From the NCBI RefSeq assembly GCF_963921235.1, contig NC_086098.1, positions 9,114,001-9,178,000 of the forward strand: a DNA stretch of 64,000 nucleotides. Reading direction: 5' to 3'. Shown piece after piece: positions 62,879 through 64,000 of the stretch. Origin of the DNA: Mobula hypostoma (Eukaryota). The first letter of the stretch is position 1. Each line of letters starts with the position of its first letter. The notes beneath the pieces were generated by a model. It saw only the letters and a program-made list of their open reading frames with translations, made no database searches and was not told the origin of the DNA. The position numbers and the translations under genes are program-made.

Positions 62879-63338
62879 AATGAAAGGGTTACCGTATGAA
62901 GAACGTCTGACAGCTCTTAGGCTGTATTCCTTGGAGTTCAGGAGAATGAGGGGGGATCTCATAGAAACACTCAATGTTAAAAGACCTGAACAGATTAGGT
63001 ATGGCAAAGTTATTTCTCATGGTAGGGGAGTCTAGGACAAGAGGGCACGACTTCAATATTGAAGGATGTCCATTTAAAACAGAGATGCGGAGAAATTACT
63101 TTAGTCAGAGGGTGGTAAATCTGTGGAATTTGTTGCCACGAGTGGCTGTGGAGGCCAAGTCATTGGCTGCATTTGAGGCAGAAATAGATAGGTTCTTGAT
63201 TAGCCAGGGCATCAAAGGGTATGGGGAGAAGGCAGGGGAGTGGGGATGACTGGAAGAATTGGATCAGCCCATGATTGAATGGTGGAACAGACTCGATGGG
63301 CCAAATGGCCTACTTCTGCTCCTATGTCTTATGGTCTT
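62879..63338 (+). mobile_element. CR1 LINE 3' end
   Basis: MKGLPYEERLTALRLYSLEFRRMRGDLIET, TRGHDF…RRNYFSQRVVNLWN, tail tcttatggtctt. Confidence 0.92.
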
Positions 63339-64000
63339 CAACTCCATGATTGTCACAGACTTGTTGGGCTGAAGGACCTTTTTCATGACTGTGACTCTAT
63401 GACATCTGAAAACAAATTATGAGGGACTTTGAGTGGCAGAGTCAGGTGCAATATTACATCTATATTAGTAACCAATCCTTTATGCCAGCCGGACTGAGGG
63501 AGTGAAACTTTTTTTTTGCTGTTCCTGAACATGGTTAATGAGCCCCAAGACGGTTCTCTGTGGTACCCTCATAACCAAACTGCAGTAATAATTGACATCA
63601 AATGATTCTGGTTATTTGGAGTTGGAATGAAAAATATTGCCTTATTAGTGTGTTCTGAAGCTCTGCTGAAACAGTTTTGAAGCTCTCAGAAAGTGAGTCT
63701 TACATAACCGCCGGTTGTCTCAGCTTTGTCTCAGAAGTGCTTGTCCCTGACTTCTGGCCAGCACAGTCTGCATGCCCTCACTACAGCCTGAAAAGGCTCT
63801 GAGACGATCTAAAGAAATCAATGATCCCATGTACAAAACAGTCTTTGGCAATCTAAAATAAATAAAATGACACATGGAAGTAATTAAGGATGAATTTTGT
63901 AATGTGCAAATTTAGATATACTGGAATAAGTTTTATAAATATATATTTTAAAATTATTTGAAGTACTCTTAATTGCTGCCTTCTAAGTTTAGTTAGGATT

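Overview
Eukaryotic, AT-rich, repeat-dense vertebrate DNA with no recognisable host protein-coding gene, so probably intronic or intergenic. The repeat mix (many CR1 LINEs, Rex1/Babar LINEs, V-domain tRNA-SINEs, Neptune-type Penelope-like elements, Tc1, Tigger) suggests a cartilaginous fish, probably a ray; this is inference. Nearly all ORFs with recognisable motifs are retroelement or transposase fragments, many nested 3-4 layers deep. The most interesting signal is a graded series of Penelope-like element (PLE) insertions of about 100, 210, 250, 1080 and 1295 bp. Most are head-to-head inverted repeats bounded by 9-17 bp target-site duplications (TSDs). Each carries a minimal type-I hammerhead ribozyme motif (AGUC-CUGAnGA-stemII-GAAACGUC-GACU), intact or decayed. 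The four palindromic copies share an asymmetry: one arm has a 33-45 nt terminal tail that the other lacks. The smallest copies encode no protein and look like non-autonomous ribozyme-bearing mobile units. Also present are a near-full-length CR1 with an esterase ORF1, a young Tx1/L1-like insertion with TSD, a small TIR element with a 6-bp TSD, a 420-bp inversion breaking a CR1 at a 10-bp palindrome, and a tentative HDV-like fold. Most repeat boundaries were read by eye and are approximate (roughly +/-10-30 bp) unless a TSD or TIR is quoted.
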